Below are positions 33,563-44,494 of a stretch of DNA of 64,000 bases, piece by piece. Position 1 is the stretch's first letter. Each line of letters begins with the position of its first letter. The notes beneath the pieces are model-generated. The model made no database searches and had not been told where the DNA came from. It was given only the letters and a program-made list of their open reading frames with translations. The position numbers and the translations under genes are program-made. The stretch covers positions 5,205 through 69,204 of the forward strand of contig JAUVYB010000006.1 of assembly GCA_030603275.1 (NCBI GenBank). The letters are read 5' to 3'. This DNA is from Deltaproteobacteria bacterium. Its GTDB lineage: Bacteria; Chloroflexota; Dehalococcoidia; Dehalococcoidales; BS750m-G39.

Positions 33563-35293
33563 ATGAAATTAACCGGGGCACAAATGATAGGTGAGAGTCT
33601 GGTGAAGGAGGGGGTGGAGGTTATATTTGGCATACTGGGCGGATCTCTTCTGCCCCTGTATGACGTCCTCCCCCACTACCCCCAACTCCGTCATATACTG
33701 GTACGCCACGAGCAGGGAGCAGCCCATGCCGCCGACGGCTACGCCCGGGCTACTGGCAAGGTCGGCGTGTGCTTAGCTACCTCCGGGCCGGGAGCGACCA
33801 ACCTGGTAACCGGCATCGCCAACGCCTGCCTGGACTCAGTTCCTATGGTGGCCATAACCGGCCAGGTAGCCCGACCTTTTATCGGCAAGGACGCCTTCCA
33901 GGAGGTGGATATTACCGGCATCACCATGCCCATAACAAAGCATAACTACCTGGTGATGGATGCCGCTTCAGTGCCTGAGACAATTAAAGAGGCCTTTCAC
34001 CTGGCCAGGACAGGGCGGCCTGGGCCGGTGCTTATCGACCTGCCCAGGGACGTCCAGATAGACCAGGCGGAGTTTAACTACCCGAGCAAGCCTAACCTGC
34101 CAAGCTATAAGCCAATCCTTAAGGGGCATCCGGCCCAGATTAAGAAGGCGGCTAAGCTGATAAATGAAGCCAAGAAACCGGTTATTATCGCCGGGAGGGG
34201 GGTTATTATATCCGCCGCCTTTGCCGAACTAAAAGAGCTGGTGGAGCAAGCCCAGATACCATTGGTTACCACGCTTCTGGGCATCAGCTGCTTCCCCGAG
34301 TCTCATGTTCTGAGTTACGGGATGCTGGGGATGCACGGTATGGCTTACGCCAATATGGCGGTTGACGCCGCTGACCTGATAATTGCTATCGGGATGAGGT
34401 TTGACGATAGAGCTACGGCCAAGGTAAGCGATTTCGCTCCTCACGCCCATGTTATCCATATTGATATCGACCCGGCGGAAATCGGCAAAAACGTACGCGT
34501 GGACGTGCCGATAGTCGGTGATGTGAAGGCGGTTCTTAAGGAATTAAATAAACTGATTGTTGCCGCCAAGCGTATTGACTGGATTCGGCAGCTTGATGAC
34601 TGGCGCAGGGAACATCCATCACTGGTTATCAGGCCCGGCGAAAGTCTCCTGCCCCAGTACGTAATTCGCCAGATTTATGAGGTAACCAACGGTGAGGCGA
34701 CTATCGTCACCGGGGTGGGACAGCACCAGATGTGGGCGGCTCAACACTACTGGTACGATAAACCCAATACCTTCATCTCGTCGGGTGGGCTGGGCACGAT
34801 GGGCTTTGGCCTGCCGGCGGCCATCGGGGCTAAAGTGGGTTGCCCCAACGACACCGTCTGGTGTATTGACGGCGACGGCAGCCTGCAGATGACGATACAG
34901 GAACTGGCCACCGCCGTTCAGGAAAAGGTGGCGGTCAAGATTGCCGTTCTCCACAACAACTACCTGGGAATGGTGAGGCAATGGCAGGAGATGTTCTACG
35001 GTAAGCGATATGTGGCCACTCCACTGAGCAGCCCCGACTTCGTCAAGGTTGCCGAAGCCTACGGCCTACCCGGGTTGAGGGTGGAACGCCGAGAAGAGGT
35101 GGCGCCGGCTATCCAGCAGGCAATGGCGGAGCCGGGACCGTTCCTGATTGATTTTATCGTCGAACCGGAGGAGAATGTCTATCCGATGGTGCCACCGGGG
35201 GCGTCTCTGGCCGAAGTCCTTGAGGAACCAGAAAAGAAGACCAAACCTAAAGCAGTTAAGGATTCAGCCAAGCTGCCGGTGAGCAATATCTAA
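33563..35293 (+). CDS. ilvB: acetolactate synthase large (catalytic) subunit
   Basis: 576 aa with a ThDP-enzyme layout. The N-terminal motif is HEQGAAHAADGYAR and the ThDP motif is GDGSLQM...NN. Confidence 0.95.
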   Translation: MKLTGAQMIGESLVKEGVEVIFGILGGSLLPLYDVLPHYPQLRHILVRHEQGAAHAADGYARATGKVGVCLATSGPGATNLVTGIANACLDSVPMVAITGQVARPFIGKDAFQEVDITGITMPITKHNYLVMDAASVPETIKEAFHLARTGRPGPVLIDLPRDVQIDQAEFNYPSKPNLPSYKPILKGHPAQIKKAAKLINEAKKPVIIAGRGVIISAAFAELKELVEQAQIPLVTTLLGISCFPESHVLSYGMLGMHGMAYANMAVDAADLIIAIGMRFDDRATAKVSDFAPHAHVIHIDIDPAEIGKNVRVDVPIVGDVKAVLKELNKLIVAAKRIDWIRQLDDWRREHPSLVIRPGESLLPQYVIRQIYEVTNGEATIVTGVGQHQMWAAQHYWYDKPNTFISSGGLGTMGFGLPAAIGAKVGCPNDTVWCIDGDGSLQMTIQELATAVQEKVAVKIAVLHNNYLGMVRQWQEMFYGKRYVATPLSSPDFVKVAEAYGLPGLRVERREEVAPAIQQAMAEPGPFLIDFIVEPEENVYPMVPPGASLAEVLEEPEKKTKPKAVKDSAKLPVSNI

Positions 35294-35314
35294 GCCGGGA
35301 AGAGAGGTGATAGC

Positions 35315-35851
35315 ATGCCCAAACATACTATAATAGCCCTGGTGGAGGATAAGCCTGGGGTGCTCAACCACATGGCCAGCCTTTTCCGCCGGCGAGGCTT
35401 CAATATTGAAAGTATTGCCGTGGGACGCAGCGAAGTGCCCCATCTATCGCGCATGACCCTGGTCGTCAACGGGGGCAACACCATGGTGGAACAGGTCAGG
35501 AAGCAACTGGATAAGGTAGTGGATGTGGTCAAGGTCTCCGATATCACCAGCGATAAGGTGATTACCCGGGAACTGGCCTTAATTAAAGTAAAAGCCACTT
35601 CCTCTACCAGAAGCGAGGTTATGCAGATTGTAGATATATTCCGGGCTAACATAGTAGATGTTGCCGCTGACTCGGTAACCGTTGAGGTTACCGGCGATGA
35701 GAATAAAATCGATTCCCTGCTTAACCTGCTGCGCGGTTTCGGCATCAGGGAACTGACCAGGACGGGGCGCATCGCCCTGACCCGGGGTGAAACAAAGCCT
35801 TTGCCGGTGAAGAAGCCGCCCAAGGCAAAAGGGCAGAAACCGACTAAATAA
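35315..35851 (+). CDS. ilvN: acetolactate synthase small (regulatory) subunit
   Basis: 178 aa with the ACT domain HTIIALVEDKPGVLNHMASLFRRRGFNIESI. It lies directly after ilvB. Confidence 0.93.
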   Translation: MPKHTIIALVEDKPGVLNHMASLFRRRGFNIESIAVGRSEVPHLSRMTLVVNGGNTMVEQVRKQLDKVVDVVKVSDITSDKVITRELALIKVKATSSTRSEVMQIVDIFRANIVDVAADSVTVEVTGDENKIDSLLNLLRGFGIRELTRTGRIALTRGETKPLPVKKPPKAKGQKPTK

Positions 35852-35867
35852 TTGAATATTAAGGAGT

Positions 35868-36869
35868 TTGACGATGGCCAAGATATATTATGATAAAGAT
35901 TGCAACCTGAAGCTGCTCGATGGTAAAACAGTGGGTATTGTCGGCTACGGCAGCCAGGGGCACGCCCACGCCCAGAACCTGAGGGACAGCGGCTGCCAGG
36001 TGATAGTGGGCGAAGCCAAGGGAACGCCGGGCTGGAAGAGCGCCCAAAAGGCCGGATTTAAGGTGATGACCGCCGCCGAGATGGCCAGGGAAGCCGATAT
36101 TATTGTAATGCTGGCGCCGGATAACCTGCACCGCGATATTTACTACGGGGCAATCGAAAAGGGGCTGGCCAAGGGCAAGATGCTGATGTTCGCCCACGGC
36201 TTTAATATTCATTACGGGCAGGTGGTGCCCCCGGCTAACATCGATGTGGCCATGATAGCCCCCAAGTGCCCCGGCCATATACTGAGACAGCTTTACACCG
36301 AGGGCGCCGGCTCGCCGGCCATAGTAGCCGTGCACCAGGACGCTTCGGGCAAGGCCCTGGCTACCGCACTGGCCTACGCCGAGGGCATCGGCTGCGGGCG
36401 GGCGGGGGTGATTGAGACCACCTTTGCCGAGGAGACCGAAACCGACCTCTTCGGTGAACAAACGGTGCTATGCGGGGGTATTTCATCGCTGATAAAGGCG
36501 GGGTTCGAGACCCTTGTGGAGGCGGGCTACCAGCCGGAGATAGCCTACTTTGAGGTCTGTAACGAGCTTAAGCTCATCACTGACCTGATTTACCAGGGGG
36601 GCCTGAGCTATATGCGCTATTCGGTTAGCGATACCGCCGAGTACGGCGACTACACGCGGGGACCCAGAGTTATTGATGAAATGGTCAAAGAAGAGATGAT
36701 GGCCATCCTGGCCGAGATTCAGGACGGCACTTTCGCCAAGGAATGGATACTGGAAAACCAGGCCGGGCGCCCGGTGTATAACGCCCTGAAGAGGATGGAC
36801 GAGGAGCACCCGCTTGAGCTGGTGGGGCGAGAGCTGAGGGAGATGATGCCCTGGCTCAAGAAGAAATAG
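35868..36869 (+). CDS. ilvC: ketol-acid reductoisomerase (class I)
   Basis: 333 aa; motifs [17 protein letters not shown] and the LFGEQ..LCGG region. Confidence 0.97.
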   Translation: MTMAKIYYDKDCNLKLLDGKTVGIVGYGSQGHAHAQNLRDSGCQVIVGEAKGTPGWKSAQKAGFKVMTAAEMAREADIIVMLAPDNLHRDIYYGAIEKGLAKGKMLMFAHGFNIHYGQVVPPANIDVAMIAPKCPGHILRQLYTEGAGSPAIVAVHQDASGKALATALAYAEGIGCGRAGVIETTFAEETETDLFGEQTVLCGGISSLIKAGFETLVEAGYQPEIAYFEVCNELKLITDLIYQGGLSYMRYSVSDTAEYGDYTRGPRVIDEMVKEEMMAILAEIQDGTFAKEWILENQAGRPVYNALKRMDEEHPLELVGRELREMMPWLKKK

Positions 36870-36964
36870 TAAATAATTTAATTGGTAACTAAAATGCCTA
36901 AACATATGACCACGCAATATAACGAAGTTCCCTTTTCTGGGGGAAATAAACTCATCCTTATTAG

Positions 36965-36988
36965 CCCCTCTCCAATATAGGGGAGGGG
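36965..36988. repeat. family B hairpin, partial copy
   Basis: CCCCTCTCC (36965-36973), loop AATATA, GGGGAGGGG (36980-36988): 9 bp including one G-U pair. A second hairpin, CGGCGGGGAAAA/TTTTCCCTGCCG, follows. Confidence 0.6.
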
Positions 36989-37065
36989 TAAACGCGGCCG
37001 GCGGGGAAAAGATTTTCCCTGCCGATAAATCCACTTAATGAAGTTTTTTCTCCCAGGAGGATACT

Positions 37066-38583
37066 ATGAATAAAGTAATAATCTTTGATACCACACTAAG
37101 GGACGGGGAACAAGCGGCGGGGGGTACGTTAAATGTCCAGGAGAAGCTGGGTATAGCCAGACAACTGGAGAGGCTGGGTGTTGACGTTATCGAGGCCGGT
37201 TTTCCCATCAGTTCGCCGGGCGATTTTGAGGCGGTAAGCCTCATCGCCAAAGAGGTGCGCAAGCCGGTAATCTGCGGGCTGGCCCGGGCTCACCCCGACG
37301 ATATAGACCGTGCCTGGGAGGCCGTCAAAGAGGCGGCTCACCCCCGGATACACGTGTTCCTTTCCTCTTCGGATATACACCTGGGTTATCAGTTGAAAAA
37401 AAGCCGTGAGGAGGTGCTGAACACCGCCCGGGATATGGTGGCACGGGCCAAGAAGTACACCGACGACATCGAGTTTTCCCCGATGGACGCCAGCCGCACC
37501 GAGCCCGAATATATCTACCAGATACTGGAGGCGGTGATTGACGCCGGAGCCACCATGGTGAATATCCCCGATACCGTGGGCTATGCTATCCCCGGCGAGT
37601 TCGGCAACCTGATTGAGGGCATTATCAACAATGTGCCTAATATCAAGAAGGCCGTTATCAGCGTCCACTGCCACAATGACCTGGGGCTGGCCGTGGCCAA
37701 CAGCCTGGAGGCGGTGAGGCGGGGAGCCCGGCAGGTGGAGTGTACCGTCAACGGCATCGGGGAGAGGGCGGGCAACGCCTCCATGGAGGAAATCGTCATG
37801 GCCATCAAGACCCGCCAGGACTTTTTCCACCTGGCCACTAATGTTAATACCAACCAGATATATAAAGCCAGCCGACTGGTCAGCGACCTGACCGGCTTTG
37901 TCGTTCAGCCCAATAAGGCCATCATCGGGGCCAACGCCTTCCGGCATGAGTCTGGAATCCACCAGGACGGCGTCATCAAGATGCCGATAACCTACGAGAT
38001 AATGGACCCTAAAACGGTGGGCATACCCTCCAGCAGTCTGGTGCTGGGCAAGCTCAGCGGGCGGCACGCCTTCAAAGAGCACCTGGCCGAGTTGGGCTAC
38101 AGCCTGAACGAGGAGGACTTCAACCGTGCCTTTACCGCCTTTAAAGAGCTGGCCGATAAAAAGAAGGGAGTCACCGATAGGGACATCGAGTCCCTGATCG
38201 CCGAGGAGCAGCGCACCATATCGGAGGCGTATCACCTTGACCGGGTACAGGTCTCCTGCGGCGACAGGGGTATCCCCACCGCCGCCGTCAGGCTTATCGG
38301 TCCGGAGGGTGAGGCGCTGGCTGATGCCGCCCTGGGCACCGGCCCCGTTGACGCCGTGTACAAGGCTATCAATAAAATAGTGAACGTGCCCAACGAGCTT
38401 GCCGAATTTACCGTTAAATCGGTAACCGAGGGTATTGACGCCATCGGGGAGGTGCTGGTAAGAATAGAGAGCGAGGGCATAACCTACACCGGGCGGGGCG
38501 CCGATACCGACATCATCGTTGCCAGCGCCAAAGCCTACATGAATGCCCTTAACCGGCTGTTAGCCACTAAGAAAGGAAGCTGA
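37066..38583 (+). CDS. leuA: 2-isopropylmalate synthase
   Basis: 505 aa. It has DTTLRDGEQ, the [12 protein letters not shown] motif and a C-terminal LeuA dimerisation/regulatory domain. Confidence 0.9.
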   Translation: MNKVIIFDTTLRDGEQAAGGTLNVQEKLGIARQLERLGVDVIEAGFPISSPGDFEAVSLIAKEVRKPVICGLARAHPDDIDRAWEAVKEAAHPRIHVFLSSSDIHLGYQLKKSREEVLNTARDMVARAKKYTDDIEFSPMDASRTEPEYIYQILEAVIDAGATMVNIPDTVGYAIPGEFGNLIEGIINNVPNIKKAVISVHCHNDLGLAVANSLEAVRRGARQVECTVNGIGERAGNASMEEIVMAIKTRQDFFHLATNVNTNQIYKASRLVSDLTGFVVQPNKAIIGANAFRHESGIHQDGVIKMPITYEIMDPKTVGIPSSSLVLGKLSGRHAFKEHLAELGYSLNEEDFNRAFTAFKELADKKKGVTDRDIESLIAEEQRTISEAYHLDRVQVSCGDRGIPTAAVRLIGPEGEALADAALGTGPVDAVYKAINKIVNVPNELAEFTVKSVTEGIDAIGEVLVRIESEGITYTGRGADTDIIVASAKAYMNALNRLLATKKGS

Positions 38584-38585
38584 TA

Positions 38586-39839
38586 TTGACTCTAGTCGAG
38601 AAAATACTGGCCGAACATAGCGATAACAAAGGGGTAAGCCCTGGAGAGTTCATCAACGTCAGGGTAGACCTGGTTATGTCTAACGACATTACCGCCCCTA
38701 TCGCCATCAGGGAGTTTAAGCGGCTGGGGGTAGACCGGGTCTTTGACCCCGGCAAGGTGGTAATGGTGCCCGACCACTTCGTGCCCAATAAGGACATCGC
38801 CTCCGCCGAGCAGGCCAAGCTTATGCGGGAGTTCGCCCACGAGCAGGGGATAATCTACTTTGAATTGGGTGAGATGGGTATTGAGCACGTGCTTCTGCCC
38901 GAGCAGGGGCTGGTGCTGCCGGGGGAGGTGGTCATCGGGGCTGATTCCCACACCTGCACCTACGGGGCTCTGGGCGCCTTTGCCACCGGCATGGGCTCGA
39001 CCGATATCGCCATGGCCATGGCCACCGGTGATATATGGATGAAGGTGCCCCACACCATCAGGCTGGTTTACCACGGAAATCTGGGGGAATGGGTGGGCGG
39101 TAAAGACCTTATACTGCATACCATCGGCGATATCGGTGTTGACGGCGCCCTCTATTCGGCAATTGAGTTTACCGGCGAGGCGATAGAAGCCCTGTCCATG
39201 GACGGCCGGTTTACCATGGCTAATATGGCCATTGAAGCCGGGGCTAAAGCCGGCATTTTCGGGGTGGATAACAAGACGCAACTTTATGTAAAATCAAGGG
39301 CCGAGCGCTCCTACCTGGTATACGAGCCGGATAACGGTGCGGAATACTCAAATGTTATTGAGTATGATGTCTCCGATATAGAGCCCCAGGTTGCCCTACC
39401 CCACTCGCCGGCTAATGCCAGGCCGGTGAGCCAGGTGGGGAACATAGAAATTAACCAGGCAGTAATCGGCAGCTGCACCAACGGCCGCATCGAGGACATG
39501 AGAATTGCTGCCCAGATTTTGAAAGGACGGAAAATACACCCGGGGGTGCGGTGCATTATCATCCCCGGCTCACAACAGGTGTACCTAGACGCCCTGGCCG
39601 AGGGCATGCTGGGAGTATTTATCCGGGCCGGGGCGGTGGTCAGCACCCCCACCTGCGGTCCCTGCCTGGGTGGACATATGGGAGTTCTGGCCGATGGCGA
39701 GAGGTGCGTCTCTACCACCAACCGCAACTTCGTCGGCAGAATGGGCAGCACCAAGGCAGAAGTCTATCTGGCCAATCCGGCGGTAGCAGCGGCCAGCGCG
39801 GTAATGGGTAAGATTGCCAGCCCGGAGGAGATTTTATAA
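38586..39839 (+). CDS. leuC: 3-isopropylmalate dehydratase large subunit
   Basis: 417 aa, TTG start. Aconitase-family Cys ligands are present (SCTNGR, TCGPCLG). The N-terminus MTLVEKIL is typical. Confidence 0.95.
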   Translation: MTLVEKILAEHSDNKGVSPGEFINVRVDLVMSNDITAPIAIREFKRLGVDRVFDPGKVVMVPDHFVPNKDIASAEQAKLMREFAHEQGIIYFELGEMGIEHVLLPEQGLVLPGEVVIGADSHTCTYGALGAFATGMGSTDIAMAMATGDIWMKVPHTIRLVYHGNLGEWVGGKDLILHTIGDIGVDGALYSAIEFTGEAIEALSMDGRFTMANMAIEAGAKAGIFGVDNKTQLYVKSRAERSYLVYEPDNGAEYSNVIEYDVSDIEPQVALPHSPANARPVSQVGNIEINQAVIGSCTNGRIEDMRIAAQILKGRKIHPGVRCIIIPGSQQVYLDALAEGMLGVFIRAGAVVSTPTCGPCLGGHMGVLADGERCVSTTNRNFVGRMGSTKAEVYLANPAVAAASAVMGKIASPEEIL

Positions 39840-39891
39840 AAACCAAAAAAAGTAAGGGATTTTGAGAGGAGCTTGGTAGAGGAATAATGCT

Positions 39892-41190
39892 ATGGGGTGG
39901 CTCATTGTTTTTGGCATTATACTTGCCATTTGGTTCATTACTTGGCTGAGCAACAGGCTATCTAACCTACGGGGGATGGCAAAGAAGTATGCTGAATTGA
40001 AGCCGAAATTTGACAGCTTGAATACTTATAAAGACGAATTGGAACTCACAAACAAAGAATTAAAGCACTGGGCTGATAAATATCATGAGATGAAATCGGT
40101 GTTCGATAGGTTAGATAAATACAAGGGTGAATTAGAGTTAAAAGAGTCCCGACTAAGAAATAAAGAAGAAACATTTGAGACATTAGTCAAAGAAAAAACA
40201 GCTGGTTTTCCTTGGTTAACTTGGGCTTATGATAATTACTATGAACTTGAGGACCTAAAGATGGAGGCCTATCTTGAAAGCAAACCCCATCCAGCAATAA
40301 AAGCCGCCGAACACCATAAACAGATTTCTAAAGAGCGTCGTGAAGCTGAAAAAGCAGCAAGGTTGGCAAATTACCTCTTGGATTATTGTCGTTATCTAGC
40401 TCCTTGGTTAGATGAATACATAGGCTTGGAAGCTGATGAGTTAGACGAAATTATAAAAGAGATACACTCAGCGTGGGAGAAGAAAGAGAAGGAGTTTGAT
40501 GAGGAAGTAAAACGACATTTTGGGCCTAAATATGAAGGACTTACGCCGACCGAGAAATTGCAGAAAAAACTGGATTGGTATTGGGGGAAACCTAATAAAT
40601 CCAATTGGCAAATTGGAAGGGATTACGAGAGATATAGCGGGTATTTATATGAGATAAAAGGCTGGAATGTCAACTATCACGGTAAGAAGGGATTTGAAGA
40701 CTTGGGGCGGGACTTGGTTTGCAAAAAAGCTAATGCTGTAGAGATAATCCAGTGTAAGCGCTGGGCGCAAGAGAAAATAATCCATGAAAAGCATATCTAT
40801 TATTTATTTGGCACCACAGTTGAATATTTTATTGAAAACTTTAGAGGCGAGGACTTACAATTAGCCCTATTTCCTAGCCTTGCTCGAAAGAGAAATGTAA
40901 TCCCTAAATTGGTTACTACGATAGATGTTTCCCCAAAAGCTGAACAAGTAGCGAAAGTGCTTGGGGTGGTAATAGAAAAAGTACCGTCGGAGCCCTATCC
41001 CTCGGTAAAATGCAATGTAGCTAGAAGGACGGGGGAGAAAATCTTTCACCTTCCTTTCGACCAGCAGTATGATACCATATTAATAGAGGAAGAAAGACTA
41101 GAATGCTATGTTGAAACCGTTGCGGAGGCAGAGGCCCTTGGATTTCGGCACGCATACCGCTGGAAGGGCGAAGTTGCGCAAATCCCATAA
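39892..41190 (+). CDS. membrane-tethered coiled-coil protein with Mrr-like PD-(D/E)xK restriction-endonuclease domain
   Basis: 432 aa. The N-terminal TM segment is WLIVFGIILAIWFITWL. It has a long K/E-rich coiled coil with an internal duplication (KFDSLNTYKDELELTNKEL / VFDRLDKYKGELELKESRL). The nuclease core reads GWNVNYHGKKGFEDLGRDLVCKK..AVEIIQCKRW. The gene is strongly AT-rich against its flanks. Confidence 0.75.
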   Translation: MGWLIVFGIILAIWFITWLSNRLSNLRGMAKKYAELKPKFDSLNTYKDELELTNKELKHWADKYHEMKSVFDRLDKYKGELELKESRLRNKEETFETLVKEKTAGFPWLTWAYDNYYELEDLKMEAYLESKPHPAIKAAEHHKQISKERREAEKAARLANYLLDYCRYLAPWLDEYIGLEADELDEIIKEIHSAWEKKEKEFDEEVKRHFGPKYEGLTPTEKLQKKLDWYWGKPNKSNWQIGRDYERYSGYLYEIKGWNVNYHGKKGFEDLGRDLVCKKANAVEIIQCKRWAQEKIIHEKHIYYLFGTTVEYFIENFRGEDLQLALFPSLARKRNVIPKLVTTIDVSPKAEQVAKVLGVVIEKVPSEPYPSVKCNVARRTGEKIFHLPFDQQYDTILIEEERLECYVETVAEAEALGFRHAYRWKGEVAQIP

Positions 41191-41210
41191 ACACACTGCA
41201 AAGGGGATTG

Positions 41211-41288
41211 AAAGGGGCGAAGCCCCTTTAGAAAAATAATCTTCCCTCTCCCCTTTCTAAGGGGAGAGGGATAAAGGGTGAGGGGTTC
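41211..41288. repeat. twin-hairpin intergenic repeat (family B), copy 2
   Basis: AAAGGGGC-GAA-GCCCCTTT (41211-41229), then CCCTCTCCCC (41244-41253), loop TTTCTAA, GGGGAGAGGG (41261-41270), then ATAAAGGGTGAGGGG. The order and spacing match 4821-4896. Confidence 0.8.
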
Positions 41289-41293
41289 CTAGA

Positions 41294-41794
41294 ATGCTAA
41301 AAGGTACGGTCCATAAATACGGGGCTAATGTAGATACCGACGCTATCATACCGGCGCGCTACCTTAACGTATCTGACCCGGCGGAGTTGGCCAATCACTG
41401 CATGGAAGATATTGACGAGGACTTCGTTAAGCGGGTCAAGCGGGGGGATATAATGATGGCCGCCACCAACTTCGGCTGCGGCTCATCAAGGGAGCACGCC
41501 CCACTGGCTATCAAGGCGGCGGAAATTTCCTGTATAATAGCTAAAAGCTTCGCCCGCATCTTCTTCCGCAATGCCATAAATATTGGCTTACCACTACTGG
41601 AGTGTGACCAGGCGGTGGATAAGACCGAGGCGGGCGATACTCTGGAAGTTGACCTGTCCAACGGCAGGATAAAAAACCTGACCAATGGCATGGAGTTTGA
41701 GGCAAAAGCCTACCCCGATTTTATGGCGGAGCTTATCTCCGCCGGCGGGCTGGTTGAGTACACCAAAAAAAGACTAGATAGCAGGAGAGTTTAG
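41294..41794 (+). CDS. leuD: 3-isopropylmalate dehydratase small subunit
   Basis: 166 aa, short archaeal/Dehalococcoidia-type LeuD ([26 protein letters not shown]). Confidence 0.95.
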   Translation: MLKGTVHKYGANVDTDAIIPARYLNVSDPAELANHCMEDIDEDFVKRVKRGDIMMAATNFGCGSSREHAPLAIKAAEISCIIAKSFARIFFRNAINIGLPLLECDQAVDKTEAGDTLEVDLSNGRIKNLTNGMEFEAKAYPDFMAELISAGGLVEYTKKRLDSRRV

Positions 41795-42889
41795 ATGCAA
41801 TTTGAACTGGTAGTTTTACCCGGTGACGGCGTTGGTCCCGATGTTACCACCGAAGGAATCAAGGTGCTGGAGGCGGTAGGCAAGAGGTTCGGCCACCGCT
41901 TTAAACTGCACTATGGACTGGTGGGTGGGGTTGCCATTGACAAAGAGGGGACAGCCCTGTCTGATAATACCGTGATGATGTGCCAGGACGCAGATGCGGT
42001 ACTGCTGGGAGCGGTGGGCGGCCCCAAGTGGGACGACCCCCTAGCTAAAGTCCACCCCGAAGACGGGCTGCTGGCACTGCGCAAGGAGCTGGGGCTTTTC
42101 GCCAACCTGCGCCCGGTCAAGGTATCCCCGGTTCTGGTTGACTCAACCAACCTTAAGCCGGATGTCATCCGGGGGGTAGACCTTGTCTTTGTCCGGGAGC
42201 TTACCGGAGGTCTCTACTTCGCCCGCCCCAAGAGACAGTGGAAGACATCCCGGGGGAGGCGGGCTACCGATTCCATGACCTACTCCGAGCATGAGATTGA
42301 GCGCATCGTCCGGGTGGGCTTTGAGCTGGCCAGGGGCCGGCGCCAGAAATTGACCTCGGTGGACAAAGCCAATGTGCTTGAGGCCTCCCGCCTCTGGCGG
42401 CAGGTAACCATGGAGGTCGCCCCGCAATACCCCGATGTCGAGTTGGACCACATGCTGGTTGATGCCTGTTCCATGCGGCTGATTCAGAACCCGACCTATT
42501 TCGATGTGCTGGTTACCGAAAACACCTTCGGCGATATTCTCACCGACGAGGCCTCGATGCTGGCCGGCTCTATGGGAATGCTGCCCTCGGCCAGTCTGGC
42601 CGGGGTACCGCGGGAGGGAGTTAATATATTCGGTATGTATGAGCCGATTCACGGCAGCGCCCCCCGCCGCGCCGGACTTGACATGGCTAACCCCATCGCT
42701 ATTATCCTCAGCGTGGCCATGATGCTCCGCTATTCCTTCGGCCTGGCTGAAGAGGCGCAGACCGTTGAGACGGCGGTTGACAAGATGTTAAATGAGGGTT
42801 ACCGTACCTATGATATAATGGACGAAGGCAAAACAAAGGTGGGGACAAAGGGGATGGGAGACATAATAACCGAGAAGGTGGAAGGCTAG
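41795..42889 (+). CDS. leuB: 3-isopropylmalate dehydrogenase
   Basis: 364 aa; motifs NLRP, VRELTGG and [15 protein letters not shown]. Confidence 0.97.
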   Translation: MQFELVVLPGDGVGPDVTTEGIKVLEAVGKRFGHRFKLHYGLVGGVAIDKEGTALSDNTVMMCQDADAVLLGAVGGPKWDDPLAKVHPEDGLLALRKELGLFANLRPVKVSPVLVDSTNLKPDVIRGVDLVFVRELTGGLYFARPKRQWKTSRGRRATDSMTYSEHEIERIVRVGFELARGRRQKLTSVDKANVLEASRLWRQVTMEVAPQYPDVELDHMLVDACSMRLIQNPTYFDVLVTENTFGDILTDEASMLAGSMGMLPSASLAGVPREGVNIFGMYEPIHGSAPRRAGLDMANPIAIILSVAMMLRYSFGLAEEAQTVETAVDKMLNEGYRTYDIMDEGKTKVGTKGMGDIITEKVEG

Positions 42890-42892
42890 AAA

Positions 42893-44494
42893 TTGTCTAA
42901 AGTGCAACTTTACGATACCACACTGCGGGATGGCACGCAGAAAGAGGGCGTTTCTTTCTCCGTGGTTGATAAGCTTAATATTGCCCAGAAACTGGATGAG
43001 CTGGGTATCCACTTCATCGAAGGAGGCTACCCCGGCTCCAATCCCAAGGATGACGAGTTTTTCCAGAAGGCAAAGAAGCTGACTCTGGCCAACTCGGTGC
43101 TGGTTGCTTTTGGCAATACCAGGCGAGCTAAAGTTAAAGCAGAAGCAGATACCAACCTCCAAGCCCTGGCCAATGCCGGGGTGAAAGTGGCTACCATTGT
43201 CGGCAAGAGTTCCGATTTGCAGGTTACCAGGGTTCTGAAAACCACTCTGGAGGAAAACCTGAGCATGATTGCCGATTCTGTAGCCTATCTCAAGTCAAAA
43301 GGGCTTTCGGTTATCTTTGATGCCGAGCATTTCTTTGACGGCTTTAAGCATAACCCCGATTATAGCCTGCGCTGTTTAACCGCCGCTGCCGAAGCCGGGG
43401 CAAGCTGCCTGGCGCTCTGTGATACCAACGGAGGTACGCTTCCTGGCGAAATAGCCGACGCTATCGGGGCGGTTAAAAAAGTGACCTCGGTACCCCTGGG
43501 AATTCATGTTCATGATGATAGCGGTCTGGCGGTAGCCAACAGCCTGGCGGCGGTAAACGCTGGAGTAACTCAGGTACAGGGTACCATCAATGGCTACGGC
43601 GAGCGCTGCGGCAACGCTAACCTGTGTTCTATTATCCCCAACCTGAAACTCAAAATGGGCATCGATTGCATTACTGATGAGCAATTAAGCAGGCTGGCCG
43701 AGGTATCCCACTTTGTCAATGAGGCAGCCAATCTCGCTCCCGATACCTCTTTGCCCTATGTCGGAGCCAGTGCCTTTAGCCATAAGGGCGGGCTTCATGT
43801 TTCCGCCACGATGAGGTGGAATGAGAGCTATCAGCATATAGACCCGTCCAAAGTTGGCAACCGGCAAAAAGTGGTGGTTTCCGAGCTATCAGGCAAGGGA
43901 AACATCTTATACAAGGCGAAGGAACTGGGACTGAACTTGCCCCCGGAAGGCAAGGAGGCAAAAAAGCTGGTGGAGCAGGTCAAGCTGATGGAGAGCCGCG
44001 GCTTCCAGTATGAGAACGCCGAAGCCTCCTTTGAGCTGCTCATACAGCGGGCCAGACCGGATTACCAGTCTCCCTTTGAACTGGTTGACTTTATGGTGGT
44101 GGTGGAGAAGAGGCGGCGTGCGCCCGTGAAGGGAAGCCCGGAGGAGATACTATCCGAGGCGATGGTTAAGGTTAGGGTGGGCAAGGAGGTAATGCACACC
44201 GTGGCCGAGGGTAACGGCCCGGTTAACGCTCTGGACCAGGCGCTGCGCAAATCGCTGCTGAGGTTTTACCCCAGCATAGCTGAAGTAAGACTGGTCGACT
44301 ATAAGGTACGCATCCTTGAGGAAACCGTGGGCACCGGCGCCCAGGTTCGGGTACTTATCGAGTCCACCGACGGGGTTGACGAGTGGCACACCGTCGGCGG
44401 CTCAACCAACATCATTGAGGCCAGCTGGCTGGCTTTAGCCGACAGCCTTGAATACTGGCTCCTAAAACAAAAAGGAGGTGGTAAAGATGGATGA
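42893..44494 (+). CDS. cimA: (R)-citramalate synthase (LeuA-like type 2)
   Basis: 533 aa, TTG start. MSKVQLYDTTLRDGTQKEGVSFSV...GGYPGSNPKD matches the CimA-type subfamily rather than LeuA. A second LeuA paralog at the end of the leu block fits the citramalate route to isoleucine. Confidence 0.82.
   Translation: MSKVQLYDTTLRDGTQKEGVSFSVVDKLNIAQKLDELGIHFIEGGYPGSNPKDDEFFQKAKKLTLANSVLVAFGNTRRAKVKAEADTNLQALANAGVKVATIVGKSSDLQVTRVLKTTLEENLSMIADSVAYLKSKGLSVIFDAEHFFDGFKHNPDYSLRCLTAAAEAGASCLALCDTNGGTLPGEIADAIGAVKKVTSVPLGIHVHDDSGLAVANSLAAVNAGVTQVQGTINGYGERCGNANLCSIIPNLKLKMGIDCITDEQLSRLAEVSHFVNEAANLAPDTSLPYVGASAFSHKGGLHVSATMRWNESYQHIDPSKVGNRQKVVVSELSGKGNILYKAKELGLNLPPEGKEAKKLVEQVKLMESRGFQYENAEASFELLIQRARPDYQSPFELVDFMVVVEKRRRAPVKGSPEEILSEAMVKVRVGKEVMHTVAEGNGPVNALDQALRKSLLRFYPSIAEVRLVDYKVRILEETVGTGAQVRVLIESTDGVDEWHTVGGSTNIIEASWLALADSLEYWLLKQKGGGKDG

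Noticed and set aside
37129-38235. Long antisense ORFs inside well-supported genes. Examples are the 368-aa ORF opposite leuA, 1833-2744 opposite alaS, 38592-39281 opposite leuC, 46297-47055 opposite rtcB, 35859-36461 opposite ilvC, and 57702-58211 and others opposite the surface proteins.
   Set aside because: They have no recognisable motifs and a biased low-complexity composition (R/G/P/A-rich). Each is fully nested opposite a gene with strong family signatures, which is the expected GC-rich shadow-frame artefact.
39840-41293. Whether the leuC/leuD insertion is a classical mobile element (IS or integrative element).
   Set aside because: No transposase, integrase or clear terminal inverted repeats are present. 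Only loosely similar flanking sequences and a REP-like hairpin pair are seen, so I report it as an insertion of unknown mechanism rather than a mobile_element feature.
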